From contig JBFGLM010000024.1 in NCBI GenBank assembly GCA_041576165.1, positions 10,481-74,480 on the forward strand: a stretch of 64,000 nucleotides of DNA, written 5' to 3'. Every line of letters starts with the position of its first letter. The stretch's first letter is position 1. The stretch is from Acidimicrobiia bacterium (GTDB lineage: Bacteria > Actinomycetota > Acidimicrobiia > Spongiisociales > Spongiisociaceae). Of the stretch, positions 9,886 through 19,663 are shown piece after piece. A program made the position numbers and the translations under genes. Below the pieces are notes generated by a model. The model did not search any database and was not told where the DNA came from. It worked only from the letters and a program-made list of their open reading frames with translations.

Positions 9886-11352
9886 ATGATTCGAGACCGG
9901 CTCACCAAACTGAAGGAGGTTGCGGTCGAGGCCGTCCGCAGATCCCGGAACCGGTCGCTGCGCGGCAGATCCGAGGGGCCCCACGCCGAGCAGCTGACCA
10001 GGATTCTGTACCGTACAGATGGCGCCGTCGAAGGTGACCTACCGGTGCGTGTGGTCATGCCGCGATCGGTGGAAGATGTAGTCGCTGCGGTGCAGGAGGC
10101 CCGGGCGGCCGATCTGGCGGTGGTGGCGCGCGGCGCCGGGACCGGCCTGTCGGGAGGTGCGGTGCCGGTTGGAGATGCAGTTGTCGTCTCACTCATGCAA
10201 CTCGACGAGATCGGCGATATCAACGCGGCGGACGAAACCGCTTGGGTGGAGCCGGGAGTGCGCAACTTGGAGCTGTCCAACGCAACACGTCGATACGGCC
10301 TGCTCTTCGGCCCCGACCCTTCGTCACAATCGGCCAGCACCGTCGGCGGGAACATCGCCACCAACGCCGGCGGGCCCCGCTGTTATGCGCTGGGCAGCAC
10401 CACTTCACATGTGCTGGCGGTTGAAGTGGTGCTGGCCGACGGCTCGCGACTCCAGGTCGGCGATGCCTATGCCGACCCGATCGGGCTGGACCTGCGTTCC
10501 ATAGTGGTGGGGTCGGAGGGCACGTTGGGGGTGGCGGTCCGGTCGCTGGTCCGACTCTTGCCCGTGCCGGAGGTGTCGAAAACGGTTCTGTGCGCTTTCT
10601 CTCAGCTGGAGGATGCCGGAGCTGCCACCGCCGCCATAGTGCGGAGCGGGATCAACGCCACTTCGATCGAGCTGATGGATCAGCTGGCCATCGAAATGTG
10701 CGAGCGTTTCACACAAGGCGGCCTGCCCCTGGACGCCGCCGCCGTCCTGCTGTGTGAGGTCGAAGGGACGGTTGACTCCATCGACGAGGACCTCGAAGAC
10801 TTCTCATCCGCTGTGCAAGCAGCAGGGGCATACGCGGTCAAGGTCGCTGCATCCGATGAGCAAGCCGACAAGTGGTGGCGGGCCCGCAAGGGCGCCTTCG
10901 GGGCCATCGCCCAGCTCGCCTCGCACTATCACCTCCACGATGGGGTCGTGCCCCGCACCCGCCTCGTCGCGGCACTCCAGCAGGTCCAGGAGGTAGCGAC
11001 GGCGGCGGGAACGCCGATGACGTTGATAGCGCACGCCGGTGACGGCAACTTGCATCCGTTGGTGCCGTACGACGGCCGGGACGAGGAGGCCACCAGGGTG
11101 GTGCACGAAGTGTCCGATCAGGTGATGGAGATCTGCCTCGGCATGGGCGGCGCTGTCAGCGGCGAACACGGCATCGGCACATCGAAGGTGCACCTGATGG
11201 AGCGCGTCTTCAGCTCCGTCGACCTCGAATACCAGTGCCATCTCAAGCGGGCGTTCGACCCCGAGGCGGTCATGAATCCATCGAAAGTGCTGCCATCGCC
11301 CAGCTCCTGCGCCGAGCCGGTCATCCCGATCGACTCCGAGATGTGGGTGTGA
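9886..11352 (+). CDS. glcD: FAD-linked oxidase, glycolate oxidase GlcD-like subunit
   Basis: ARGAGTGLSGGA, PDPSSQ..TVGGN, GSEGTLG, AHAGDGNLHP, SGEHGIG. Confidence 0.88.
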   Translation: MIRDRLTKLKEVAVEAVRRSRNRSLRGRSEGPHAEQLTRILYRTDGAVEGDLPVRVVMPRSVEDVVAAVQEARAADLAVVARGAGTGLSGGAVPVGDAVVVSLMQLDEIGDINAADETAWVEPGVRNLELSNATRRYGLLFGPDPSSQSASTVGGNIATNAGGPRCYALGSTTSHVLAVEVVLADGSRLQVGDAYADPIGLDLRSIVVGSEGTLGVAVRSLVRLLPVPEVSKTVLCAFSQLEDAGAATAAIVRSGINATSIELMDQLAIEMCERFTQGGLPLDAAAVLLCEVEGTVDSIDEDLEDFSSAVQAAGAYAVKVAASDEQADKWWRARKGAFGAIAQLASHYHLHDGVVPRTRLVAALQQVQEVATAAGTPMTLIAHAGDGNLHPLVPYDGRDEEATRVVHEVSDQVMEICLGMGGAVSGEHGIGTSKVHLMERVFSSVDLEYQCHLKRAFDPEAVMNPSKVLPSPSSCAEPVIPIDSEMWV

Positions 11353-11392
11353 GCGGCCTCGAGCCCTCGCCGGCCCCGAGCCGCGTGCTCAC

Positions 11393-12433
11393 ATGACGGC
11401 CAAGACTGCCGTCGAGACGGTGCAGGCTCGGGTCCGGGCCGCGGTCGCCGGGCAAACGCCGCTGCGGATCGTTGGATCGGGCTACGAGGCGCAACTGGGA
11501 AACCCCGTCAAGGCCCGGGCCGAGCTCGACACCACGGAACTCACCTGGGTGCGGGACTTCGACCCCGACGAGCTGATCATCCGGGTCGGAGCGGGTACCA
11601 CCGCCGGCGAACTGGCCGCCCGGTTGGGCGAGCAACGGCTGCGCGCCGTTATTCCATCCGAGCCCGCAGGACGAACGATCGGCGGAATCGTCGCCACCGG
11701 TTCATCAGGGTATGCCCGCCTTCGGCACGGGCCGCTCCGCAACCACGTCATCGGCATCACGATCGTGTCGGGCGCCGGCGACTTGGTCTCCGCCGGCGGC
11801 CAGGTGGTCAAGAACGTAACGGGCTACGACCTCTCCCGCCTATGCGTCGCCTCAATGGGACGCTTGGGAGTGCTCGTGGAGGTGGCGCTGCGCGTATACG
11901 CCGTGCGTGACGCCGAACAGGTCATCGAGGTCCGTGATCCAGAGGCGGCGTGGCGGCAGGCGCACCGCCCACTGGCCGTGGTCGGCACGCGCCGGGGAAC
12001 GAGCGTCCTGGTCGACGGATCGGAGGCGGCGGTCGCGGCCATGGCGAAGCGGCTCGGCGGCACCCTTCGGTCCGACGCAGCCTTGCCCAGTACGTCCGGC
12101 TGGCCGTGGAGGGCCACGATCCGCTCCCGCCCATCCCAGCAACCGCAGGCAATCCAGCGCCTCCCCGCCGAGTGGTCCTACATCGCGCAATTCGGGACCG
12201 GCCTGACCGAGGTCGGCGGCGAGCACTTCGACGCCGGCACGCTCGGCTCCCTCCGCCAATGGGTGGAAGCCGGCGGGGGGCGATTGGTGCTCCACCGCGT
12301 CCCGCCCGGCGTTCGGCATGAGCTGGACCCGTGGGGCACGCCCCCCGCCGGCTTGGAAATCCAGCGGAGGATCATCCGGTCGTTCGATCCCCATGGGATT
12401 CTCAATCCCGGAATACTCCCGGGTGGGCTATGA
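11393..12433 (+). CDS. glcE: glycolate oxidase FAD-binding subunit GlcE-like
   Basis: TIGGIVATG, GGQVVKNVTGYDLSRL, FDPHGILNPG; between glcD and glcF. Confidence 0.85.
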   Translation: MTAKTAVETVQARVRAAVAGQTPLRIVGSGYEAQLGNPVKARAELDTTELTWVRDFDPDELIIRVGAGTTAGELAARLGEQRLRAVIPSEPAGRTIGGIVATGSSGYARLRHGPLRNHVIGITIVSGAGDLVSAGGQVVKNVTGYDLSRLCVASMGRLGVLVEVALRVYAVRDAEQVIEVRDPEAAWRQAHRPLAVVGTRRGTSVLVDGSEAAVAAMAKRLGGTLRSDAALPSTSGWPWRATIRSRPSQQPQAIQRLPAEWSYIAQFGTGLTEVGGEHFDAGTLGSLRQWVEAGGGRLVLHRVPPGVRHELDPWGTPPAGLEIQRRIIRSFDPHGILNPGILPGGL

Positions 12434-13686
12434 CGACGCCATCCAGCCAGCTGCCGGTGCTTCCCCCGTCCGACACATGTGTCAAATGCGGATTGTGCCT
12501 GCCGCACTGTCCCACCTACCGCCTCAGCGGCAACGAGAACTACTCACCTCGCGGGCGTCTGGCCGCCATGAGCGCCGTCCTGCATGACGACGCCCCGATC
12601 GACGAGACCTACGACGACGTACTGTCCACGTGTCTCGGATGTCGGGCGTGTGAGGCGGTGTGTCCCGGCCTGGTCCCCTACGGCCTCGCTTTCGAAGCGG
12701 CCCGGGCAGAGCTGACCGAACGCCGGCATACCGTCCCGCGCCGGGTTCGACCGTTGGTGCTCGGCCGGGTGATCGCAACTCGGTCGGCCGTGGCGACGGT
12801 GACTGCCGCGGCACGATGGGCGCAGCGGTTGGGAGCGGGGAGATGGCTGCCCGGCTGGCCCGGCCGCGGGCTGGCTGGGCTGCGCCCGCTCCAGCGAGGC
12901 CGAACGTCGTGGCTGGGTCGGGCCGTGGAAGGCGATGGGCCGAACCGGGGAACCGTGGCGCTCCTGGCCGGTTGCGTGATGGACCCATGGTTCGGGCCGG
13001 TCCACGACGCCACCGTGGGTGTGCTCACCCGGGCCGGGTTCCGAGTGGTGGTCCCCGAATCGCAAACGTGCTGCGGGGCGTTGGCCGCGCACGATGGCCA
13101 CCGCCGGGAGGCATCGCGTATGGCGGCGTCGAATGTAAGGGCGTTTGTGGGCTTCGATCACGTGATCTCGAATTCCGCCGGCTGTACCGCCCATTTGAAG
13201 GAATACGACCACTGGGCCACGGACGGGGCCGCTCTAGCCGACCGGGTTGTCGACGTCACCGAGTTCGTCGCGTTGCTCATCACCCAGGGCGATCTGCCGG
13301 TGTCGGATCGCGAATCCGACAGGGTTGCGATGCAGGACCCGTGTCATCTCCGGCATGCGCAGCGGATAGTGGAAGCCCCGCGGACCATCGTGCGGGCTGC
13401 CGGGCACGAGCTGGTCGAGATCGATCCGATGGGCCTGTGCTGTGGGGCGGCTGGTGTGTACTCGGTCCTGCAACCCGCCACATCCGCGGACCTGGGCCGG
13501 CGGAAAGCGGCTCAGGTGGCGAACTCCGGCGCCACGGTCGTGGCCACGGCCAACCCCGGCTGTGAAATGCAGCTACGGGCCTATCTCGGGCCGGATGTCC
13601 GCGCTGCCCATCCGGTTGAGCTGTACTGGGAGATGCTGTCCGACGGGGACCGGCACCATCCGGCAGACTCGTCGGGTCCCGGCTAA
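12430..13686 (+). CDS. glcF: glycolate oxidase Fe-S subunit GlcF-like
   Basis: CVKCGLCLPHCP, CLGCRACEAVCP, two CCG domains, DPCHLRH; ATGA overlap with glcE. Confidence 0.88.
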   Translation: MTTPSSQLPVLPPSDTCVKCGLCLPHCPTYRLSGNENYSPRGRLAAMSAVLHDDAPIDETYDDVLSTCLGCRACEAVCPGLVPYGLAFEAARAELTERRHTVPRRVRPLVLGRVIATRSAVATVTAAARWAQRLGAGRWLPGWPGRGLAGLRPLQRGRTSWLGRAVEGDGPNRGTVALLAGCVMDPWFGPVHDATVGVLTRAGFRVVVPESQTCCGALAAHDGHRREASRMAASNVRAFVGFDHVISNSAGCTAHLKEYDHWATDGAALADRVVDVTEFVALLITQGDLPVSDRESDRVAMQDPCHLRHAQRIVEAPRTIVRAAGHELVEIDPMGLCCGAAGVYSVLQPATSADLGRRKAAQVANSGATVVATANPGCEMQLRAYLGPDVRAAHPVELYWEMLSDGDRHHPADSSGPG

Positions 13687-13735
13687 GTTCGATCCTGCGC
13701 AGGCTCCCACGGACGAATTCCAGCGAGGTGTTCAG

Positions 13736-14710
13736 ATGTCGAATCCGGTTGTCGCTATAACCGACCACGTCTTTCCCAATCTCGAACCGACCGAGCAGAC
13801 GCTCGAGCCGGTCGGGGCCTCATTGCGGCTCGCCCGGTCCGGAAACCCGGAAGACATCCTGGATGTAGCACGCACGGCCGACGCGGTCATCAACTGCTAC
13901 GCCAAACTGCCCGCAGAAGTGATCGAGCAGTTCGAACGCTGCCAGATCATCGCTCGCACAGGTGTCGGGGTCGACACCGTAGATCTGGACGTCGCGAGCT
14001 CCAAGGGGATCTTGGTCACCAACGTCCCCGAGTACTGCGAGGACGAGGTATCTGATCATGCGATGGCACTGTTGCTGGCGCTCGCCCGAAACGTCACGCG
14101 GGGCAACGCCATGGTGCACAACGGCGGTTGGGACCTCGAAGCCCTGAAGCCCATGTACCGATTGCGCGGGCGAACCGTTGGCCTGGTCGGCTTCGGAAAG
14201 ATCCCCCGACTGGTGGCGACCAAAGCACAAGCGTTCGGTCTGAACGTGCTCACGTACGATCCGTACGTCGATGTGGAGACCGCGGCATCGCTGGACGTCG
14301 GGGTGGTTCCGCTCGATGAGCTGCTCGCGTCGTCTGACTTCGTGTCTGTCCACGCGCCGCTAACGCCAGAGACCCACCACATGATCGGCGCCGATGCGCT
14401 CGGCCGTATGCAACCCCACGCGTTGCTGATCAATACGGCCCGGGGTCCGCTGGTAGACGTCGACGCGCTGGCCGCAGCCTTGGACCAAGGCCAGATCGGC
14501 GGAGCCGCGCTCGATGTGCTTCCGGCCGAGCCTCCTCCCGCTGATCTGGCGCTGCGGGGACGAGCCAATGTGATCCTGACGCCTCACACCGCGTTCTATT
14601 CCGAGCAATCGATGATCGACCTACAGGCCAAAGCGGCGCAGCAGGTGGCGCTGGTCTTGCGGGGAGAAGCCCCTACCTATCCGGTCAACCTGGATCGACT
14701 CGAGGGCTGA
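13736..14710 (+). CDS. D-isomer-specific 2-hydroxyacid dehydrogenase (CtBP-like)
   Basis: GVGVDTVD, NVPEYCEDEVSDH, GLVGFGKI, INTARG, TPHTAFYS; GAGG SD before ATG 13736. Confidence 0.9.
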   Translation: MSNPVVAITDHVFPNLEPTEQTLEPVGASLRLARSGNPEDILDVARTADAVINCYAKLPAEVIEQFERCQIIARTGVGVDTVDLDVASSKGILVTNVPEYCEDEVSDHAMALLLALARNVTRGNAMVHNGGWDLEALKPMYRLRGRTVGLVGFGKIPRLVATKAQAFGLNVLTYDPYVDVETAASLDVGVVPLDELLASSDFVSVHAPLTPETHHMIGADALGRMQPHALLINTARGPLVDVDALAAALDQGQIGGAALDVLPAEPPPADLALRGRANVILTPHTAFYSEQSMIDLQAKAAQQVALVLRGEAPTYPVNLDRLEG

Positions 14711-14743
14711 GCACCGGCCGCGCCGGGACACCTGGCACGTCGG

Positions 14744-15406
14744 ATGACGGTGGTGGCCGGCTTCGACGGCTGGAGAGGCGGCTGGGTCGGCATCGTCCTG
14801 GACGGCGGGACCTATGCCGGCAGCGTGGTGGCGGAGTCGATGGCGGAGGCGATCGCTCGCCTGGAAGAAGCGGCCGTCATTGCGGTTGACATACCGATGA
14901 GCCCGCCGCGAGCCAGGGTGAGAGAGGCCGAGCAGGAAGCCAAGCGGCTGCTCGGATCCCGCTCCTCTACCGTGTTTCTGACTCCTCCCCGCGTCGTTCT
15001 GCGAGCGTCGACGTATGCAGCTGCGCGGGCAGAGGCGACCGCTCGGTTTGGCCGCGGCGTCTCCGCCCAGGCATACGCCTTGCGGCATCGCATCCTCGAA
15101 CTGGAGCCGCTCGCCAGGGCAGACGAGCGGATCCACGAGGTTCACCCCGAGCTGGCATTCCGCGAGATGAACGCCGGCACCCCGGTGGAGGACAACAAGA
15201 AGACGTGGGCGGGCCAGATGAGACGGCGCAGGTTGCTGGCCGGAGAGGGAATCGAGGTGCCCGACGAGTTGGGGGCGGTCGGGATGGTTCCGCCCGACGA
15301 TGTGCTCGACGCCGCCGCCGTCGCATGGACCGCCGAGAGGATCGCAAGCGGTCGCGCCCGGGCCGTGCCCGCGTTCGGACGCCGCGTTGATGCGATCTGG
15401 TACTGA
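14744..15406 (+). CDS. DUF429-family predicted RNase H-fold nuclease
   Basis: VAGFDGWRGGW, IAVDIP, EVHPELAF, DDVLDAAA. Confidence 0.8.
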   Translation: MTVVAGFDGWRGGWVGIVLDGGTYAGSVVAESMAEAIARLEEAAVIAVDIPMSPPRARVREAEQEAKRLLGSRSSTVFLTPPRVVLRASTYAAARAEATARFGRGVSAQAYALRHRILELEPLARADERIHEVHPELAFREMNAGTPVEDNKKTWAGQMRRRRLLAGEGIEVPDELGAVGMVPPDDVLDAAAVAWTAERIASGRARAVPAFGRRVDAIWY

Positions 15407-15412
15407 GCCGCT

Positions 15413-15781
15413 TCAGTCCCGGCTGACCTGAGCCCGCAACGTCTCGACGAACGCGTCCATTTGGGCGGGCTCCAGCACGAGGCGCGTGAAACGGTCATGA
15501 CGGGTGTCGACCACGACAACTTCGGCGGAGCCGGCCGAGGGGCCGACCGCCCAGAACTGGTGGCCGCCGGCTTCTGTTCGGTCCGTGGCGCCCACCCGGC
15601 GCGGGTAGCTCCGGGCGGCGGACTGGTTGGCACCGAGCTCTGCCACACGGCGCTCTACCACCGAAACGCCGGCGACGAGCTGGTAGGGCATGGCCAGGCG
15701 TTGCCGCACCAGCCGTACGGCGTCCCACCCGGACAGGCGGATCTCGACGGCGTCGAACGTCAGCCCGATCCTGAACGACAT
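15413..15781 (-). CDS. hypothetical protein
   Basis: Only plausible ORF in the gap; TACGAT 7 nt before ATG 15781 favours the second Met. Confidence 0.6.
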   Translation of the reverse strand: MSFRIGLTFDAVEIRLSGWDAVRLVRQRLAMPYQLVAGVSVVERRVAELGANQSAARSYPRRVGATDRTEAGGHQFWAVGPSAGSAEVVVVDTRHDRFTRLVLEPAQMDAFVETLRAQVSRD

Positions 15782-15851
15782 CAGCATGATCGTAGGTCGG
15801 CCGCGCGCCTCTGCGCCCCACGGGCCGGCCAGGCCTCCAGAGATGTGCCTG

Positions 15852-17396
15852 CTACGGCGTACCCCAGCCGCCGCCTCCCGGTGTTCGGACCAGCAGGCGG
15901 TCGCCGGGCCGTACCTCCAAGGTCACCTTGCCGGGCAGACGTTCCTTGCGGCCGGCCCGGATCAGCCAATCCTCCCCGGTCGCGCCCGCTCCTCCCCCAT
16001 TCAGCCCCCATGGGGCGAGGCGGCGCCGCTCCCCCATCAATGACAGCGTGGCCGGCTCGGAGAATTCGATCTCCCGCTCGATGCCCTCGCCTCCCTGGTA
16101 CTGGCCGTCGCCGCCACTGCCGTGGCGGAGGCCGTAGCGGATGACCCGGAACGGGTAGTGCTGCTCGATTGATTCGGTCGGCGTGTTCTTGGTGTTGGTC
16201 ATCCCGGATTGGATGCCCGACTCGCCGTGACGCCCCGGCCGGGCGCCCTGTCCACCCGCCACCGTTTCGTAGTAGGCGAATCCGTCGTTGCCGACCAGGA
16301 CGTTGTTCATCGTCCCCTGAGACGCGGCCGGGACCCGACCCGGTGCCGCCTGGGCCAGCGCGCCGAGAACGGTGTCGGCGATTCGCTGGGAGGTCTCGAC
16401 GTTGCCGGCGGCTACCGCCACCGGGGCCCTTGCTGCGACCAGCGACGCCGGCCGGGTTGCCAGGGTGATCGGCCGGTAGCTGCCGCCGTTGGCCGGGACC
16501 GTCGGATCGGCGGCAACTCGCACGGCGTAGTAGAGACAGGAACGGGTCACGGCTTCCACTGCATTGATGTTGCCGGCAATCTGGTCCACGGTTCGGCTGA
16601 AATCGGCATGCAGCTCTCCGCCCTCGATGGTGATCGTTACCGAAATTCCCAGTGTGTCGTCATGCCACTCCATGGCGTCCTCAAACGCGTACGTGCCGGC
16701 GGGGAGTGCCGCAATCGCCGCTCGCATACGCCGTTCGCCGTAGTCGAGAAGCGCGTTGGTGATGGTGGCGAACCGGGCCGGGCCGTCCCGTCGAGCGAGC
16801 GCCAGGAACCGGGCCGCGCCTACCTCATTGGCGCCGAGCTGGGCGGACAGGTCACCGAGCCGTTCGGCCGGGGTCCTGGTTGCGGCGAGAAACGGTCCGG
16901 TGAACGACTCCAGCCACGCACCGTTGCGCACAGCCGGTACAGGCGAGACGACGATGCCTTCCTGGTCGACCCGGACGGCGTGGGCGGGCATCGAGCCGGG
17001 AGCTTCGCCTCCCACGTCCGCGTGATGCGCCCGGTTCCCAACCCAGCCGATGAGATCCGAACCCTCGAACACCGGCCGCACGATTGTCAGGTCATTGAGG
17101 TGGGTTCCGCCGTAGAACGGGTCGTTGACCGCGTACTGGACGCCGGGCTCGACACCCCGGCCAAACCGATCCACCACCGCAGCCACCGACGCCGGCATCG
17201 ACCCGAGGTGAACCGGGATGTGCTCGGCTTGTGCCAGCATGTCGCCACTCGCCACGAAGACGGCGGCCGAGCAGTCGGCCCGCTCCTTTATGTTGGGCGA
17301 ATACGCGGTCCGCCGTAGGACCACGCCCATCTCGTCGGCTACGGCCGCATACTCGTTGCGGGCTATCTCGAGGTCGACGGCTGTGACGGTCACCAT
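15852..17396 (-). CDS. hydantoinase B / 5-oxoprolinase beta-type subunit
   Basis: SPNIKERADCS, HIPVHLGSM, NDPFYGGTHLND, RAHHADVGG, TPGGGG. Confidence 0.92.
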   Translation of the reverse strand: MVTVTAVDLEIARNEYAAVADEMGVVLRRTAYSPNIKERADCSAAVFVASGDMLAQAEHIPVHLGSMPASVAAVVDRFGRGVEPGVQYAVNDPFYGGTHLNDLTIVRPVFEGSDLIGWVGNRAHHADVGGEAPGSMPAHAVRVDQEGIVVSPVPAVRNGAWLESFTGPFLAATRTPAERLGDLSAQLGANEVGAARFLALARRDGPARFATITNALLDYGERRMRAAIAALPAGTYAFEDAMEWHDDTLGISVTITIEGGELHADFSRTVDQIAGNINAVEAVTRSCLYYAVRVAADPTVPANGGSYRPITLATRPASLVAARAPVAVAAGNVETSQRIADTVLGALAQAAPGRVPAASQGTMNNVLVGNDGFAYYETVAGGQGARPGRHGESGIQSGMTNTKNTPTESIEQHYPFRVIRYGLRHGSGGDGQYQGGEGIEREIEFSEPATLSLMGERRRLAPWGLNGGGAGATGEDWLIRAGRKERLPGKVTLEVRPGDRLLVRTPGGGGWGTP

Positions 17397-19360
17397 TCGA
17401 TCTCCAGCGCACCGGTCTCGTGCACACGTACGCGCTCGCCGTCTGCGACAAATGTGGTGGCTTCGAGTTCCTCGACCACGGCCGGGCCGACCAATTCGGT
17501 CCCGGGCACCAGGGCCGGCCGCCACCACACGTCGACCTCATTGGGGGACTGGCCCGAGTCGCTGGTCACCACTTGCCGGCGGGGGCGCACCGGCTCACCG
17601 GTCGGGCGGACCGGCGGCAGCTCGTCGATCGTCATGGTGGGTTTCCCGATCGCAGCAGCCCGTATTGTCACGATCTCCACTGGATCGCCGGCCCGGGCAA
17701 AACCGTTGCGCAGATGGTGCGCGCGGTGGAACCGGTCGGCTACCGCACGCCAATCCATGGTTTCGTCGACTGGAATCGACGTCTCATGAGCCTGGCCGAT
17801 GTAGCGGACGTCCGCCACCAGGCGCACCTCGCGAGGGTCCGCGCCGGTGTCATCGAAAAACTCCCCCGCCGCCTGCCCGCGAAGCTCGGCCAGTCGGCCC
17901 GCCAGCGCCGCCGCGGTGTCTTCGCGGACCGTGAGGCTGCGCGCCAGGTCAACCCTGGGCGGGGACAGCAACAAGCCGAACGCAGAGAAGACCCCCGCGA
18001 TCGGAGGCACGATCACGCCTGCCATCTCGAGACGCCGGGCGAGGGCCGTCGCATGCAACCCGCCGGCGCCCCCAAATGCCACCAGCCTGGCACCGCGCGG
18101 GTCGGCGCCTTCTTCCACCGAGACCTTGCGGATGGCACGCTCCATGTGGGCTTCCACCACGTCCACCATGCCCCGCGCGGTTTCGCGGCCTGTGAGACCC
18201 AGCCGCTCCCCGACCGCGCCCAGCGCCACCGATGCGGCGGCGGGATGAAGGTGCAGATCACCGGCCAGCCGGCTGCCGCCGCCGATCCGGCCCAGTTCCA
18301 GGTTGGCGTCGGTCACGGCAGGCTCTGCCGCTCCCTTCCCGTAGCACGCCGGACCGGGATGCGCGCCTGCGCTGCGGGGGCCTACTCGCAACGCACCGCC
18401 GGCGTCGATCCAACCGACGCTGCCTCCGCCCGCACCCACCGTGTGAATCGCAACCGATGGCATGCGAATCGGGAAACCTTCGATCCAACGCTCGTAGGAA
18501 ACCTCCGGGATGCCGCCGTCGATCCGGGCGACGTCGGTCGAGGTCCCCCCCATGTCGAACGAAACCAGCCGGCGGTCCCCGAGCAACTCTCCGATGGCCG
18601 CAGCGGCCACCACACCACCCGCCGGACCGGAGAGCAGGATGGACACGGGAAGTTCGGCTGCTCGCTCGATCGGGATCAGGCCTCCTGAGGAGCGCATCAC
18701 CATCACCTGGCCCGGCAGCCCAGCGTCTCGCACCCGGGCGTGCAGGTGCTGCAGATAGGTGCCGGTTTCAGGGGCCAGAAATGCGTTCACGATGGTTGTG
18801 GTGGCGCGCTCGTACTCCCGAAACTCTGGGGCGACAACTGACGACCGCGATATCTCGACATCAGGCGGCAGCGCTGCCGCGACACGCTCCTCATCGCCGG
18901 GATGGGCGTATCCGTAAAGCAGGGATATGGCGACCGAATCAGGCCGACCGGCCGCCACCCGAGCGGCCAGGTCGGCCAACTCCCGGTCCGACCAGCTATC
19001 CCCATCGGACAAACGCCGGAGGCCGTGGCGACTGCTCCGCTCGACCAACGGGCGGGAGCGGTCGGCAAACGGGTCGTAGAGCGATGGCCGGTTCTGGCGA
19101 CCGATCTCGATGACATCCTCGAAACCCTCCGTCGTGACCAACGAGACACGCGCACCCCGGCGCTCCAGCAAGGCGTTGGTGGCGACGGTCGTACCGTGAA
19201 GAAGCGCCCCGGTGAGCCGCCCGGCCAATAACTCGACCGAACCCGCTATGACTGCGTCGCTCTGGTCCACGCTCGTCGGGGTTTTGGCGGTCAGGAGCCG
19301 TTCACCGTCCCACCACACGATGTCGGTGAACGTCCCGCCGACGTCGACGCCCAGGGTCAC
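17390..19360 (-). CDS. hydantoinase A / 5-oxoprolinase ATP-binding subunit
   Basis: GVDVGGTFTD, HGTTVATNALLER, SGPAGGV, DMGGTSTD, GAGGGS, PGPACYG. Confidence 0.93.
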   Translation of the reverse strand: MTLGVDVGGTFTDIVWWDGERLLTAKTPTSVDQSDAVIAGSVELLAGRLTGALLHGTTVATNALLERRGARVSLVTTEGFEDVIEIGRQNRPSLYDPFADRSRPLVERSSRHGLRRLSDGDSWSDRELADLAARVAAGRPDSVAISLLYGYAHPGDEERVAAALPPDVEISRSSVVAPEFREYERATTTIVNAFLAPETGTYLQHLHARVRDAGLPGQVMVMRSSGGLIPIERAAELPVSILLSGPAGGVVAAAAIGELLGDRRLVSFDMGGTSTDVARIDGGIPEVSYERWIEGFPIRMPSVAIHTVGAGGGSVGWIDAGGALRVGPRSAGAHPGPACYGKGAAEPAVTDANLELGRIGGGSRLAGDLHLHPAAASVALGAVGERLGLTGRETARGMVDVVEAHMERAIRKVSVEEGADPRGARLVAFGGAGGLHATALARRLEMAGVIVPPIAGVFSAFGLLLSPPRVDLARSLTVREDTAAALAGRLAELRGQAAGEFFDDTGADPREVRLVADVRYIGQAHETSIPVDETMDWRAVADRFHRAHHLRNGFARAGDPVEIVTIRAAAIGKPTMTIDELPPVRPTGEPVRPRRQVVTSDSGQSPNEVDVWWRPALVPGTELVGPAVVEELEATTFVADGERVRVHETGALEIEW

Positions 19361-19405
19361 GCGTACTCGCTACGATCGGCGGCCCCCGGCAGACAAGGAT
19401 CACCG

Positions 19406-19663
19406 ATGCCCGTATCGATCGAACCGACGCCCAATCCCAACGCATTGAAGTTCTCGGTCGGCCGCGATGTCGGCGGCCCCACCACATACGTTGCCGGCAA
19501 AGATGTCGACGACCCGATGTCGTCGTCGATCCTGGAGATCGAGGGGGTGACAAGTGTGTTCATGACCGCAGATTTCGTGACGCTCTCCAAGCATCCTGAC
19601 GCTACGTGGGACACGATCGCGCCAGCAGCCCAGAAGATCCTAGAGAGCTACTTCCCGGACTGA
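19406..19663 (+). CDS. stand-alone NifU/Nfu N-terminal domain protein
   Basis: IEPTPNPNALKF...IEGVTSVF..DFVTLSK....W. Confidence 0.85.
   Translation: MPVSIEPTPNPNALKFSVGRDVGGPTTYVAGKDVDDPMSSSILEIEGVTSVFMTADFVTLSKHPDATWDTIAPAAQKILESYFPD

Noticed and set aside
14708-14746. UGA of the 2-hydroxyacid dehydrogenase is in frame with the DUF429 start (possible Sec read-through fusion)
   Set aside because: The UGA falls at the normal family C-terminus, not at a Cys position; no clear SECIS; in-frame spacing is a one-in-three chance
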